Below are positions 53,131 to 61,630 of a stretch of DNA of 64,000 nucleotides, piece after piece (within the stretch, counting starts at the first letter, position 1; each line of letters starts with the position of its first letter). The translations under genes and the position numbers were made by a program. Source of the stretch: Candidatus Sericytochromatia bacterium (GTDB lineage: Bacteria > Cyanobacteriota > Sericytochromatia > S15B-MN24 > JAQBPE01); contig JAYKHR010000045.1 of assembly GCA_035285125.1 (NCBI GenBank), positions 110,412 to 174,411 of the forward strand. Reading direction: 5' to 3'. The notes beneath the pieces were generated by a model. The model ran no database searches, was not told the origin of the DNA, and saw nothing but the letters and a program-made list of their open reading frames with translations.

Positions 53131-56100
53131 GCCGTCGGCTCTGCCGGCGCGGCCCCGTCGCCCGGCTCGTCCGGCGCCGGCAGCCGCTTGCCGAGCCAGC
53201 CCCAGGCCGTGCGCTGGATGTCGTCGATGAGGGTGAAGGCCGCCGGGATCACGACGAGCGTGAACAGCGTGGAGGTGACGAGCCCCCCGATCACGGCGAC
53301 GGCCATCGGCGAGAGGATCTCGGTGCCCGTGCCCAGCTCCAGGGCGATGGGCAGCATGCCGGCGATCATGGCGATCGTCGTCATCAAGATGGGCCGCAGG
53401 CGGTCGCGCCCGGCGCGCAGCAGCGCCTCCCGGCGCGTGGCGCCCTGGTTGCGGGCCATCTGCGCGTACTCGACGAGCAGGATCGAGTTCTTGGTGACGA
53501 GGCCCATCAGCATCATCACGCCGATGAGCGCGTAGAGACCGAGCTCCTTGCCGAAGACCAGCAGGCCGGCCATCGCCCCGCCGATGGACAGGGGCAGCGC
53601 CATCATGATGGTCAGCGGCTGCAGGAAGCCCCCGAAGAGCAGCACCAGCACGGCGTAGATGGCCATGATGCCCGTGCCGAGGGCGATCAGGGTCTCGGTG
53701 AAGATGTCCATCATCACCTTGGACTCGCCCACCGTGCCCTGGGTGATGCCGGCCGGCAGGGCCTTGATGCTGGGCAGCTCGGCGACCTTCGCGAGGGCCG
53801 TGCCCATGTCGCCGGCCGTCAGGTTGGCCGTGAAGGTGATCTGGCGGGCGCGGTCGTAGCGGTCGATCTGCACGGGGCCCGTGCCGAAGTGGAGGTCGGC
53901 CACCGTCCGCAGGGGCACGAGGCCAGCCCGGCCGGGCACCAGGAGGTCTCCGATGGCGGCCAGGTCGGCCCGCGCCGACGGGGCAAGCTGCACGCGGATG
54001 TTCAGCTGGCGCGAGTCGGCGTTGAACTTGGCGAGGTTGAACTCGGCATCGCCCTGGGTCGCGAGGCGGGCCACCCGCCCGATGGCCGCGACGGAGACCC
54101 CCTGCTCGGCGGCGCGCGTCAGGTGGGGCCTGATCACGACCTCCGGACGGAGCTCCGCGGCGGTGCTCGTGACGTCCCGCAGCTCTGGCAGGGTGCGCAT
54201 CTCCTTGAGCACCTGCGCCCCCACCTGCTCGAGCAGCCGGCCGTCCGAGCCGCGCAGCAGCACGTTCACGGGCTTGGCGGAGCCCGTCGCCCCGAACTGG
54301 GCGAAGGCCACGCGCGCGCCCGGGATGCGGGCAAGCTCCGGGCGCAGCTGGTCCTGGAATGCCTCCAGCGTCAGCGTGCGCTGGTCGCGGGGCTTGAGCA
54401 CCACGTTCACGGTGCCGCGCGTGACGGAGCTGGCCGACTGCACCAGGGAGCCCCCGGCCGAGTTCGAGGCCGAGCCGACGGTCGCGAAGACCAGCTGGGA
54501 CTCCGGCCGGGCCGCGAGCAGCTGGCTCGTCTCCATCACCACGCGCTCCGTCTCCTCGATCGTGGAGCCTGCGGGGAGGGAGATCTGGACCATGGCCTGG
54601 CCGATGTCGCCGAGGTCGATGAAGCCCTTGGGGATCACGGGCACCAGCGCCATCGAGCCGACGAACACGGCCAGGGCCCCGGTCAGCGTCTTCCAGCGGT
54701 GGGCGAGGGCCCACTCGAGCAGGCGCATGTAGGGCTCGCGCCAGGGCGCCCGGTCCTCGGCGTGGGCGAGCCGCTCCGGCAGCAGGTGGGCGGCCATCAT
54801 CGGCGTGAGGGTCCGGGCGACCAGCAGCGAGAACAGCACGGCCACGGCCACCGTGACGCCGAACGAGCGGAAGAACATCCCGGGGATGCCGCCCATAAAG
54901 CCCACCGGGATGAACACGGCGACGATCGTCATGGTGGTGGCGACGATGGCGAGGCCGATCTCGTCGGTGGCCTCCAGGGCAGCCCTCATGGGCGACTTGC
55001 CCATCGCGATGTGGCGGTAGATGTTCTCGAGGTCGACGATCGCATCGTCCACGAGGATGCCGACCACGAGCGTGAGCGCCAGCGTCGTCATCCCGTTGAG
55101 GGTGTAGCCGAGCAGCTTCATGACGCCGAAGGTCGCGATCACCGAGAGCGGGATGGCGAGCGCCGAGATGAACAGCGCCTGGCCATTGCGCAGGAAGATG
55201 AAGATCACGGCCACGGCCAGCGCCGAGCCGAGGTACAGCGCGTCCATCGTGGCCTCGTGGGAGTCCCGCGTGAAGTCCGCCATCGTGCGGATGAGCTCGA
55301 CCTTCACGTCCGGCGGCAGCGTGGCCGCGAGCGCCTCGACCTGCTGGCGGGTGGCCTCCTCGGTCTGCACGAGGGGCGAGCCCTGCGAGCGCACGACGGA
55401 GAACGCCACGCACGGCTGGCCGTTCAGGAACGCCTTCTGCCGCACCTCCGCGTGGCTGTCCGCGACCCGCCCGAGCGCGTCGAGCCTGACGGTGCCGCCC
55501 TGCGGCAGGGCGATCGGCAGCCGGGCCAGCGCCTCCACCGAGCCAGCGGAGCCGAGCGTCCGGATCGACTGCTCGCGCCCGCCGGCGTCGGCGCGGCCGC
55601 CGGGCAGGTTGACGTTGGCCTGCCTGAGCTGCCCGTTCACGTCCTCCACCGTGAGCCTGTGGGCCCGCAGCCGGGCAGGCTCGAGGTCGATCCGCACCTC
55701 CCGCGTCAGCCCGCCGGAGCGGCGCACCTGCGCGACGCCCGGCACGGCCAGCAAGGAGCGGGTGATGTCCTCGTCGATGAGGCGCGACAGCTCGGCCATC
55801 GGGCGCCTGGTCGACGAGACGGTGAAGGTGGCGAAGGGCTCGCCGCTGAAGTTGGGGTGCGTGATGGAGGGCTCGGTGATGTCGCCGGGCAGCGTCTGGC
55901 GGATCCTCGAGACGGCGTCCCGGACGTCGTTCAGCGCCGTCTCGGAGCGGGTGCCAATCTTGAACTCGCACACCGTCGTCGACACGCCCTCCGAGACGGT
56001 CGAGGTGATGTGGTCGAGCCCCGTGATGCCGACGAGCGAGTCCTCGACCTTGCGCGTGACCTCGGTCTCGAGCTCGGCCGGGGAGGCACCGGCCTGCGAG

Positions 56101-56246
56101 ACAGCCACCACGATGAGGGGGAAGTCGACGTCGGGGTTGTCGTTGACGCCGAGCCGGAGGTAGCTGAAGAGCCCCACCAGGGTCAGCATCAAGAAGAGCA
56201 GGATGACGGGGATGGGGCGCTTGATGGCCCAGGCAGAGACGTTCAT
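53127..56246 (-). CDS. RND efflux permease, AcrB/HAE1 family (mirror copy)
   Basis: Exact twin of 1623..4742. Confidence 0.95.
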   Translation of the reverse strand: MNVSAWAIKRPIPVILLFLMLTLVGLFSYLRLGVNDNPDVDFPLIVVAVSQAGASPAELETEVTRKVEDSLVGITGLDHITSTVSEGVSTTVCEFKIGTRSETALNDVRDAVSRIRQTLPGDITEPSITHPNFSGEPFATFTVSSTRRPMAELSRLIDEDITRSLLAVPGVAQVRRSGGLTREVRIDLEPARLRAHRLTVEDVNGQLRQANVNLPGGRADAGGREQSIRTLGSAGSVEALARLPIALPQGGTVRLDALGRVADSHAEVRQKAFLNGQPCVAFSVVRSQGSPLVQTEEATRQQVEALAATLPPDVKVELIRTMADFTRDSHEATMDALYLGSALAVAVIFIFLRNGQALFISALAIPLSVIATFGVMKLLGYTLNGMTTLALTLVVGILVDDAIVDLENIYRHIAMGKSPMRAALEATDEIGLAIVATTMTIVAVFIPVGFMGGIPGMFFRSFGVTVAVAVLFSLLVARTLTPMMAAHLLPERLAHAEDRAPWREPYMRLLEWALAHRWKTLTGALAVFVGSMALVPVIPKGFIDLGDIGQAMVQISLPAGSTIEETERVVMETSQLLAARPESQLVFATVGSASNSAGGSLVQSASSVTRGTVNVVLKPRDQRTLTLEAFQDQLRPELARIPGARVAFAQFGATGSAKPVNVLLRGSDGRLLEQVGAQVLKEMRTLPELRDVTSTAAELRPEVVIRPHLTRAAEQGVSVAAIGRVARLATQGDAEFNLAKFNADSRQLNIRVQLAPSARADLAAIGDLLVPGRAGLVPLRTVADLHFGTGPVQIDRYDRARQITFTANLTAGDMGTALAKVAELPSIKALPAGITQGTVGESKVMMDIFTETLIALGTGIMAIYAVLVLLFGGFLQPLTIMMALPLSIGGAMAGLLVFGKELGLYALIGVMMLMGLVTKNSILLVEYAQMARNQGATRREALLRAGRDRLRPILMTTIAMIAGMLPIALELGTGTEILSPMAVAVIGGLVTSTLFTLVVIPAAFTLIDDIQRTAWGWLGKRLPAPDEPGDGAAPAEPTA

Positions 56247-56261
56247 GGCGGGCCTCTCGCC

Positions 56262-57548
56262 TCAGGAGCCCGCGGTGGCTTTCCCTGGCTGTGGCTTGCC
56301 CGGCGAGGCGGCCTTCGGCGGCGCGACGTCGACCTTGTCACCGTCCTTCAGGAAGCCGACGCCGGCCGTGATGACCTGCTCGCCGGCCTTGAGGCCCTCG
56401 GCGATCGCCACCCAGCCCCCGGCCCTGGCCCCAGGCACGACGCTGCGGCTGCGGGCGATGCTGCCATCCAGCACGAACACCTCGCTGCCCGCCTCCTTCG
56501 TGACGACGGCCGATGCGGGCACGGTCAGCGCGGACACCTGCCCGAGCGCCAGCTGGGCCCGCACGAACATCCCCACGCGCAGGCCCGAGGCCTCCGGGAT
56601 GTCGATGCGGATGGTGGCCTGGCGGCTCGCGAGGTCCACCGCCGGGCTGACCTCCCGGATGACGCCGCTCGCCTGCAGGTCGGGCCTGGCATCCGAGCCC
56701 ACGCGGGCCAGCAGGCCCGGCCTCACCTGGCCGAGGTCGGCCTCGGGCACGAGCGCCTCCACCTGCAGCCGGCCCAGCCGGACCATCTGGAACATCGCCT
56801 TGCCGACGGCGGAGGCATCCCCGAGGTGGACGTCCTTGCGGATGATCTTGCCCGCGTCCGGCGCCTTGACGCGCGTCTGGGCGTGCAGCGCCTCCATCTG
56901 GGCCAGGGTGGCGCGGGCCTCGTCGGCCTGGGCCTCGGCAATGGCCAGGTCCTCCGGCCGCGAGCCCTCGCGGGCGAGCGAGAGCCGCTCGCGGGCCTGG
57001 TCGGCCGCCGCGCGGGCCTGCTCGGCCGCGGCCTGGCGGCCCACGAGCTCCATCGGCGTCACGGCACCCTCGGCTGCCAAAGCCTGGCTGCGCACGTAGG
57101 CGTCCTGCGCCTGCCGGGCCGCGGCCTCGGCCTGCACGAGCGCGGCCTCCGTGCTGCGGAGGTCCTGCAGGCGCATCGGGTGGCGGGCCTTCTGCAGCTG
57201 GGCCTCCGCGATGCGGGCCCGGGCGCGGGCCGCGTCGAGCTGCGCCTTCAGCGTGGCGTCGTCGAGCACCGCGAGCACCTGCCCGCGGCCCACCATCTGG
57301 CCCTCCTCGGCGGTCACGGCCACGACCCGCAGGCCGTTGGCCGCCGGGATGACGGGCATCGGCTCCCACGCGGCGACGGAGCCCGTGACCTCCAGCGTGC
57401 GCGGCAGCTGCCGCGCCTCGACAGGCCGGGTCTCCACCGTCAGGACGGCGGGGACCTCGGCCGGCTTCTCCTCTTGCTTGGCCTTGCAGGCGAGAGGGGC
57501 TGCCGCGATGCCGAGCAACAGGGGGACAACGACGAGGCTACGACGCAT
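56262..57548 (-). CDS. RND efflux periplasmic adaptor (mirror copy)
   Basis: Exact twin of 321..1607. Confidence 0.9.
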   Translation of the reverse strand: MRRSLVVVPLLLGIAAAPLACKAKQEEKPAEVPAVLTVETRPVEARQLPRTLEVTGSVAAWEPMPVIPAANGLRVVAVTAEEGQMVGRGQVLAVLDDATLKAQLDAARARARIAEAQLQKARHPMRLQDLRSTEAALVQAEAAARQAQDAYVRSQALAAEGAVTPMELVGRQAAAEQARAAADQARERLSLAREGSRPEDLAIAEAQADEARATLAQMEALHAQTRVKAPDAGKIIRKDVHLGDASAVGKAMFQMVRLGRLQVEALVPEADLGQVRPGLLARVGSDARPDLQASGVIREVSPAVDLASRQATIRIDIPEASGLRVGMFVRAQLALGQVSALTVPASAVVTKEAGSEVFVLDGSIARSRSVVPGARAGGWVAIAEGLKAGEQVITAGVGFLKDGDKVDVAPPKAASPGKPQPGKATAGS

Positions 57549-57655
57549 TGGGAGCTAGGACCTCCGGGGCGCGGGTGGCGGCGTGGACCGGCCTGCGGAG
57601 ACTATTTTGCCTGGAAATATTTTGATACGTCAAATAAATGGCCGCGCGGGACGCG

Positions 57656-58417
57656 TCAGCGCGGCGAGACCGGCACCACGAGGTCTTCCACCTGATCCAA
57701 CCCAGGGCCTGCCGGCCAGGGGGCGAAGCGCCAGGCCCCGACTGCCTCCAGCGCGGCCTGGTCGACGTCCCGGCGGCCGCTGGAGCGCACGACTTGGGTG
57801 CGCGCCACGTGACCCGAGGGGCTCACCCAGACCCGCACCCCCACCTCCCGTGAGACGTAGTCCTGAAGGGCCTCCAGGGGCACGGTGGGGTCGACCCGCC
57901 GCAGCAGCGGTCGCGCGACCAGCCCGTGTTTCAGCCAATCGACGGTGGGTGGGGTGCCCTCCCAGCGGGCCCGGCCGTCGCCGAACCGGGCCTGATCCTT
58001 GGGGACCCACTGCACCACGCGCTCCGCCCGCAGGTGGATCTCCCCGGACGCGTCGATGCGTCGGATGACGCCCTCCCACGTCAGGCGGTCGCCCACGGCC
58101 ATGCCATGGCCCTCGGCCAGGTAGGCCGTCCACGTCGGGCCGGGGCTCTCGGGCGCGGCGGCCACGTGGACCGCCACCAGGCCGGCCGCCGTGACATCCG
58201 GGGCCGTTCCCACGACCCAGCCGCTGCGGCGCATCCGCTGACCGGCGTGGGCGCGGTTCAGCCGGGCGAGCTCAGCCTGGAAGGGGCCGTCGGGAAGCCT
58301 GGCGGCTGCGCGGGCCACCTTCGCCCGGAGGGCGTCCTCCCGCGGCAGCGACTCGGCCCCCGCCGGGAGGGCGGGGGCCAGCAGCAGCGCGCAGAGGGCG
58401 ATCAGCAGGCGGTGCAC
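57656..58417 (-). CDS. Secreted protein with a C-terminal TonB_C-like domain (full length; crosses the end of the duplicated region)
   Basis: I prefer the GTG at 58417: VHRLLIALCALLLAPALPAGA is a signal peptide, and this start lies 8 nt after the SulP stop. The longer ORF to 58684 overlaps SulP with junk-like sequence. The C-terminal ~80 aa are TonB_C-like (see 1..213). Confidence 0.7.
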   Translation of the reverse strand: MHRLLIALCALLLAPALPAGAESLPREDALRAKVARAAARLPDGPFQAELARLNRAHAGQRMRRSGWVVGTAPDVTAAGLVAVHVAAAPESPGPTWTAYLAEGHGMAVGDRLTWEGVIRRIDASGEIHLRAERVVQWVPKDQARFGDGRARWEGTPPTVDWLKHGLVARPLLRRVDPTVPLEALQDYVSREVGVRVWVSPSGHVARTQVVRSSGRRDVDQAALEAVGAWRFAPWPAGPGLDQVEDLVVPVSPR

Positions 58418-58424
58418 CCGCCCA

Positions 58425-60005
58425 TCATACCCCCAGCGGTCCCGAGCCGCCGTGTCCGGCGCCCACCGCCGCCCGCGCGGTGCTGGGGCGGCTGCTCGCC
58501 TGCAGGCCGCGCAAACCATCCCAGTCCAGTTCGACGGTGCCGCCCGTGGGGGCGTGGCCCTGCTCCCAGCCGCCGAAGAACTCCAGGCAGGCGTGGTCGA
58601 TGTGCCGCAGGTCGCCGCCGTCGATGACGACGTCGGCACCGGCCGGCACCTTGGCGAGCGCCTTTTGGAGGTCCGGGAGGGCAAGGAACGTGGCTGCCCC
58701 GCGCAGCTTGAGGCGCACGCTGTTCGCCTCGGGACGGTGCTCGACGGCGATGTCGAGGTGGGAGAGCACCGACAGCTGGCGCACCAGCGCAGCGATGATG
58801 CCGATGATGATGTCCTTTAGCAGGTTGGTCGCCACGATGGCGCCCGCCGTCAGGAGGTAGATGCCGGCCTCGCTGCGCCCCGCCTTGAGCAGCTGGATCA
58901 AGGTGGCGGGCGCGAGCAGCTTGAAGCCCGTGTAGACGAGCAGCGCCGCCAGCGCCGTGAGGGGGACGCGCTCCAGCAGCCACGGCAGCAGGGCCACCGT
59001 GGCGAGGATCCACGTGCCGTGGAAGATCGTCGAAGCTCGCGTCACGGCGCCCGCCTGGACGTTCGCGGCCGAGCGCACGATCACGCCCGTCATCGGCAGC
59101 GCGCCCACGATGCCGCACAGCGCGTTGCCAAGGCCTTGCGCCATCAACTCGCGGTCCGGGTCGTGCCGGGGGCCGCCGTGCATCTTGTCGACGGCGGCTG
59201 CCGTCAGCAGGCTCTCGGCGCTGGCGATGACGGCCACCGCCAGCACGGCTTCGAAGATGGGGCCCTCGGCCAGCCGGGCGAGGTCCGCGAGGCCGACCAG
59301 CTTCAGCGAGCCGAGCAGGCTGTCGGGCAGGTCGACGTACCGGATGGGCAGGTGCAGCCAGGCTGCCGCCGCCGTCGCCGAGGCCACGCCCACCAGCGCG
59401 GGCGGGATGGCCCGCAGAGGGCCCGGAACATAGCTCCAGGCCAGCATCACGGCGATGGTGGCGAGCCCCACGGCGGCGGCGATGTGGTGCGTCGTGCCGT
59501 CCAGCGGGGCCACGCCTTTCCACAGCGCCTCCGGGAGGGCGAGGAGGTTCGCGAGGCCGCTGCCACGCGGCGCGTCATCGACCATCACGTGGACCTGGGC
59601 GGCGATGATCAGCGCGCCGATGCCCGCGAGCATGCCGTGCACCACGGCGGGGGAGATGGCGGAGAACCACCTGCCGAGGCGCAGCGTGCCGGCGGCCACC
59701 TGGACGACGCCGGCGGCGAGCACGATCACGCCGAGCATCGGCAGGCCGTGGCGCTGCACGAGCTCGAAGACGAGCACCGTCAGGCCCGCCGCCGGGCCGC
59801 TGACCTGCAGCGGGCTGCCCGCGAATAGGCCCACCACGATGCCGCCGATGATGCCCGTCAAGAGGCCCGCGGCCGGCGGCACGCCCGAGGCGATGGCGAC
59901 GCCCATGCACAGCGGCAGGGCGACAAGGAACACCACGAGCGACGCCATCAGGTCACGTGGCAGGGTCTCCCGCGCGGGGGCGGGAGGGGGCTGGGAGTTT
60001 GGCAT
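58425..60005 (-). CDS. SulP family inorganic anion (sulfate/bicarbonate-type) transporter with a C-terminal STAS domain
   Basis: 526 aa. DLMASLVVFLVALPLCMGVAIASGVPPAAGLLTGIIGGIVVGLFAGSPLQVSGPAAGL is the canonical SulP N-terminal region. The C-terminus (VRLKLRGAATFLALPDLQKAL...VVIDGGDLRHIDHACLEFF) is STAS-like. Confidence 0.92.
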   Translation of the reverse strand: MPNSQPPPAPARETLPRDLMASLVVFLVALPLCMGVAIASGVPPAAGLLTGIIGGIVVGLFAGSPLQVSGPAAGLTVLVFELVQRHGLPMLGVIVLAAGVVQVAAGTLRLGRWFSAISPAVVHGMLAGIGALIIAAQVHVMVDDAPRGSGLANLLALPEALWKGVAPLDGTTHHIAAAVGLATIAVMLAWSYVPGPLRAIPPALVGVASATAAAAWLHLPIRYVDLPDSLLGSLKLVGLADLARLAEGPIFEAVLAVAVIASAESLLTAAAVDKMHGGPRHDPDRELMAQGLGNALCGIVGALPMTGVIVRSAANVQAGAVTRASTIFHGTWILATVALLPWLLERVPLTALAALLVYTGFKLLAPATLIQLLKAGRSEAGIYLLTAGAIVATNLLKDIIIGIIAALVRQLSVLSHLDIAVEHRPEANSVRLKLRGAATFLALPDLQKALAKVPAGADVVIDGGDLRHIDHACLEFFGGWEQGHAPTGGTVELDWDGLRGLQASSRPSTARAAVGAGHGGSGPLGV

Positions 60006-60016
60006 GACGAGGCCCC

Positions 60017-60688
60017 CTAGATCTGGCGGCCCGCGTAGCGGGGCTCAGCCTCGGACCGAGGTTCCGTGGCCTCGGTGATGAGGTGGAAGGCCCGGTCGTG
60101 CGGATCGTATGCGAAGACCTGCCCGGTCTCGATCTCGTACACCCAGCCGTGCAGGTGCAGGTCGCCCCGCGCCAGGCGGGCGGCCACAGCCGGCAGCGTC
60201 CGCAGGTTCTCGAGCTGCACGAGCACGTTCTCCTTGATGCAGGCCGTCAGGCGCGCCTCGGGGTCCGTCACGTCGGCGTAATTCTCGGTCAGGATGCGCC
60301 GCGTGGCAGCCGCGTGCCCCAGCCACTCGTGGACGGCCGGCAGGCTCTCGGTGGTGCGCGGGTCGAGCAGGCCCTTCATCGCGCCGCACTGGGAGTGGCC
60401 GCACACGATGATGTCCTTCACGCCGAGCACCGCCACGGCGTACTCGACGGTGGCGCCCTCGCCGCCCCGGGCAGCGCCGTGGGGCGGCACGATGTTCCCC
60501 GCGTTCCGCAAGATGAAGAGCTCGCCTGGCTCAGTCTGGGTCAGCAAGTTGGGGACGATGCGCGAGTCGGCGCAGGTGATGAACAGCGTCTCGGGCGCCT
60601 GGTGCCGCGCGAGTTGCGCGAAGAGCTCCCGCTGGTCGCGGAAGTAATCCGTCTGGAAGGCGTGGATGCCGCGGATGAGCTTTTCCAT
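60017..60688 (-). CDS. Beta-class carbonic anhydrase
   Basis: 223 aa. AAGGAGG lies upstream of ATG 60688. Zinc-ligand and catalytic contexts are FITCADSRIVP and IIVCGHSQCGAMKG. The gene sits immediately upstream of SulP, which is a common pairing. Confidence 0.92.
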   Translation of the reverse strand: MEKLIRGIHAFQTDYFRDQRELFAQLARHQAPETLFITCADSRIVPNLLTQTEPGELFILRNAGNIVPPHGAARGGEGATVEYAVAVLGVKDIIVCGHSQCGAMKGLLDPRTTESLPAVHEWLGHAAATRRILTENYADVTDPEARLTACIKENVLVQLENLRTLPAVAARLARGDLHLHGWVYEIETGQVFAYDPHDRAFHLITEATEPRSEAEPRYAGRQI

Positions 60689-60752
60689 AGGTCGATGGTC
60701 CTCCTTAGGCGCGCCGTGACGGGCGCCGGGCCGGGTGGTCGGGCTGGGGACG

Positions 60753-61070
60753 TCAGGCCCGGCAAGGCGGCGCGCGGGCCCCGGGGGTGCGCCACGCCAG
60801 GGGGACCCAGCCCGGTCGGAGGGGCGTGTGGGTCAGGGCCAGCCAGGTCGGGCGCACGGGCCTCAGCGGGTCCGCCGCGCGCTTGCGCGCCACGACTCGG
60901 AGCGCCAGCGTGTCGCGCAGCACCGGGGCTGCCTCTTCTTCGGCCAACAGCGTGACGGCTGCGGGGTGCGGCCGCTGGCCCGCGGCCGGCGACAGGTTGG
61001 TCGCCCCCACGAGCACCAGCATCAAGGAGGCGAGCAGGAGGGCCCGCAGCCAGCGTGCGCGCTCAGCCAT
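60753..61070 (-). CDS. Small hypothetical protein with an N-terminal hydrophobic segment
   Basis: 105 aa. Its ATG overlaps the ArsR stop (ATGGCTGA, 61063-61070), suggesting translational coupling. N-terminus WLRALLLASLMLVLVGA. The C-terminal half is Arg/Pro-rich, so coding status is uncertain. Confidence 0.35.
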   Translation of the reverse strand: MAERARWLRALLLASLMLVLVGATNLSPAAGQRPHPAAVTLLAEEEAAPVLRDTLALRVVARKRAADPLRPVRPTWLALTHTPLRPGWVPLAWRTPGARAPPCRA

Positions 61071-61428
61071 CTCGCACCTCGCCGCTCCACGTCGCGCGCG
61101 CCGCGTTCATCAGCTGGCGGCGGTCCTCGACGCTCGCGAGGGGCTCTGCCAGGAAGCCCAGCCCCTCGAGCAGCCAGGCGGCGAGCTCGGGACGCCGCAG
61201 CCGGTAGAACACCCGGCGGCCTTCACGCCGCTCGCTGACGAGCCGGTGGGCGCGCAGCAGGCCCAGGTGCTGGGAGACGCCCGGCTGGGAGAGGCCCAAC
61301 GTGTCCGCCAGGGCCCGGACGTCGAGCTCGCGCAGGCCGAGCTCCTCCACAATTTGCAGGCGGGCCGGGTGGGCCAGCACGCTCAGGAGCGCTCCGAGTT
61401 CCTTGGCTGCCAGGTGACGGGCGGGCAC
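61063..61428 (-). CDS. ArsR/SmtB family transcriptional regulator (no cysteines)
   Basis: Winged-helix region LSVLAHPARLQIVEELGLRELDVRALADTLGLSQPGVSQHLGLLRAHRLVSERREGRRVFYRL. I prefer the GTG at 61428, 4 nt after AAGGAGG (61433-61439 on the minus strand). The ORF's ATG at 61458 lies inside the operator palindrome. Confidence 0.88.
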   Translation of the reverse strand: MPARHLAAKELGALLSVLAHPARLQIVEELGLRELDVRALADTLGLSQPGVSQHLGLLRAHRLVSERREGRRVFYRLRRPELAAWLLEGLGFLAEPLASVEDRRQLMNAARATWSGEVRDG

Positions 61429-61445
61429 AGGGCCTCCTTGGTTCG

Positions 61446-61483
61446 AATGTTCAAACATTCAAACCTTTGAATATTTGAACATT
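61446..61483. promoter_or_regulatory. Nested palindromic operator candidate in the arsR / ankyrin-gene divergent region
   Basis: AATGTTCAAA c ATTCAAA cc TTTGAAT a TTTGAACATT. The outer 10-bp arms (61446-61455 / 61474-61483) and the inner 7-bp arms (61457-61463 / 61466-61472) are both perfect. The site is AT-rich within ~70% GC DNA and lies directly upstream of the ArsR-family gene. Confidence 0.55.
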
Positions 61484-61630
61484 AGCACCTGGTGGGGGTC
61501 ATGACAAGGCCTTCCGGCGTGCGTGGGGCTCGGGCGCCGACGCCGTGATCTGGGCCGTGAGCTTGCCCCCCTCGGAGGGTAAAACTCAAGCAAAGACGAC
61601 CTTTTTCTATCATAACGTGGAGGCCCCCCG

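Larger units (their letters stand above)
28935..57868. repeat. Right arm of the perfect inverted duplication; continues without break into unique sequence 57869..64000
   Basis: Same evidence as the left arm. The axis sequence accgcgagctcgac|gtcgagctcgcggt (28921..28948) is self-complementary with no loop. The ORF 57656..58684(-) crosses position 57868, so the right arm is contiguous with the unique flank. Confidence 0.97.

Noticed and set aside
1-57868. The palindrome arms considered as terminal inverted repeats of a composite transposon or other mobile element
   Set aside because: The arms abut with no intervening cargo. I see no transposase, integrase or recombinase gene. The arm content is ordinary chromosomal-type genes, and the junction truncates a gene.
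58402-59523. 373-aa minus-strand ORF and several plus-strand ORFs (58452..58860, 58957..60078) overlapping the SulP gene
   Set aside because: Wrong-frame or antisense ORFs with Arg/Gly/Pro-rich translations. The SulP frame has canonical transporter motifs across the whole interval.
60787-61470. 227-aa plus-strand ORF antisense to the ArsR gene and the small ORF
   Set aside because: Junk-like composition. The opposite strand encodes a clear winged-helix ArsR-family protein.
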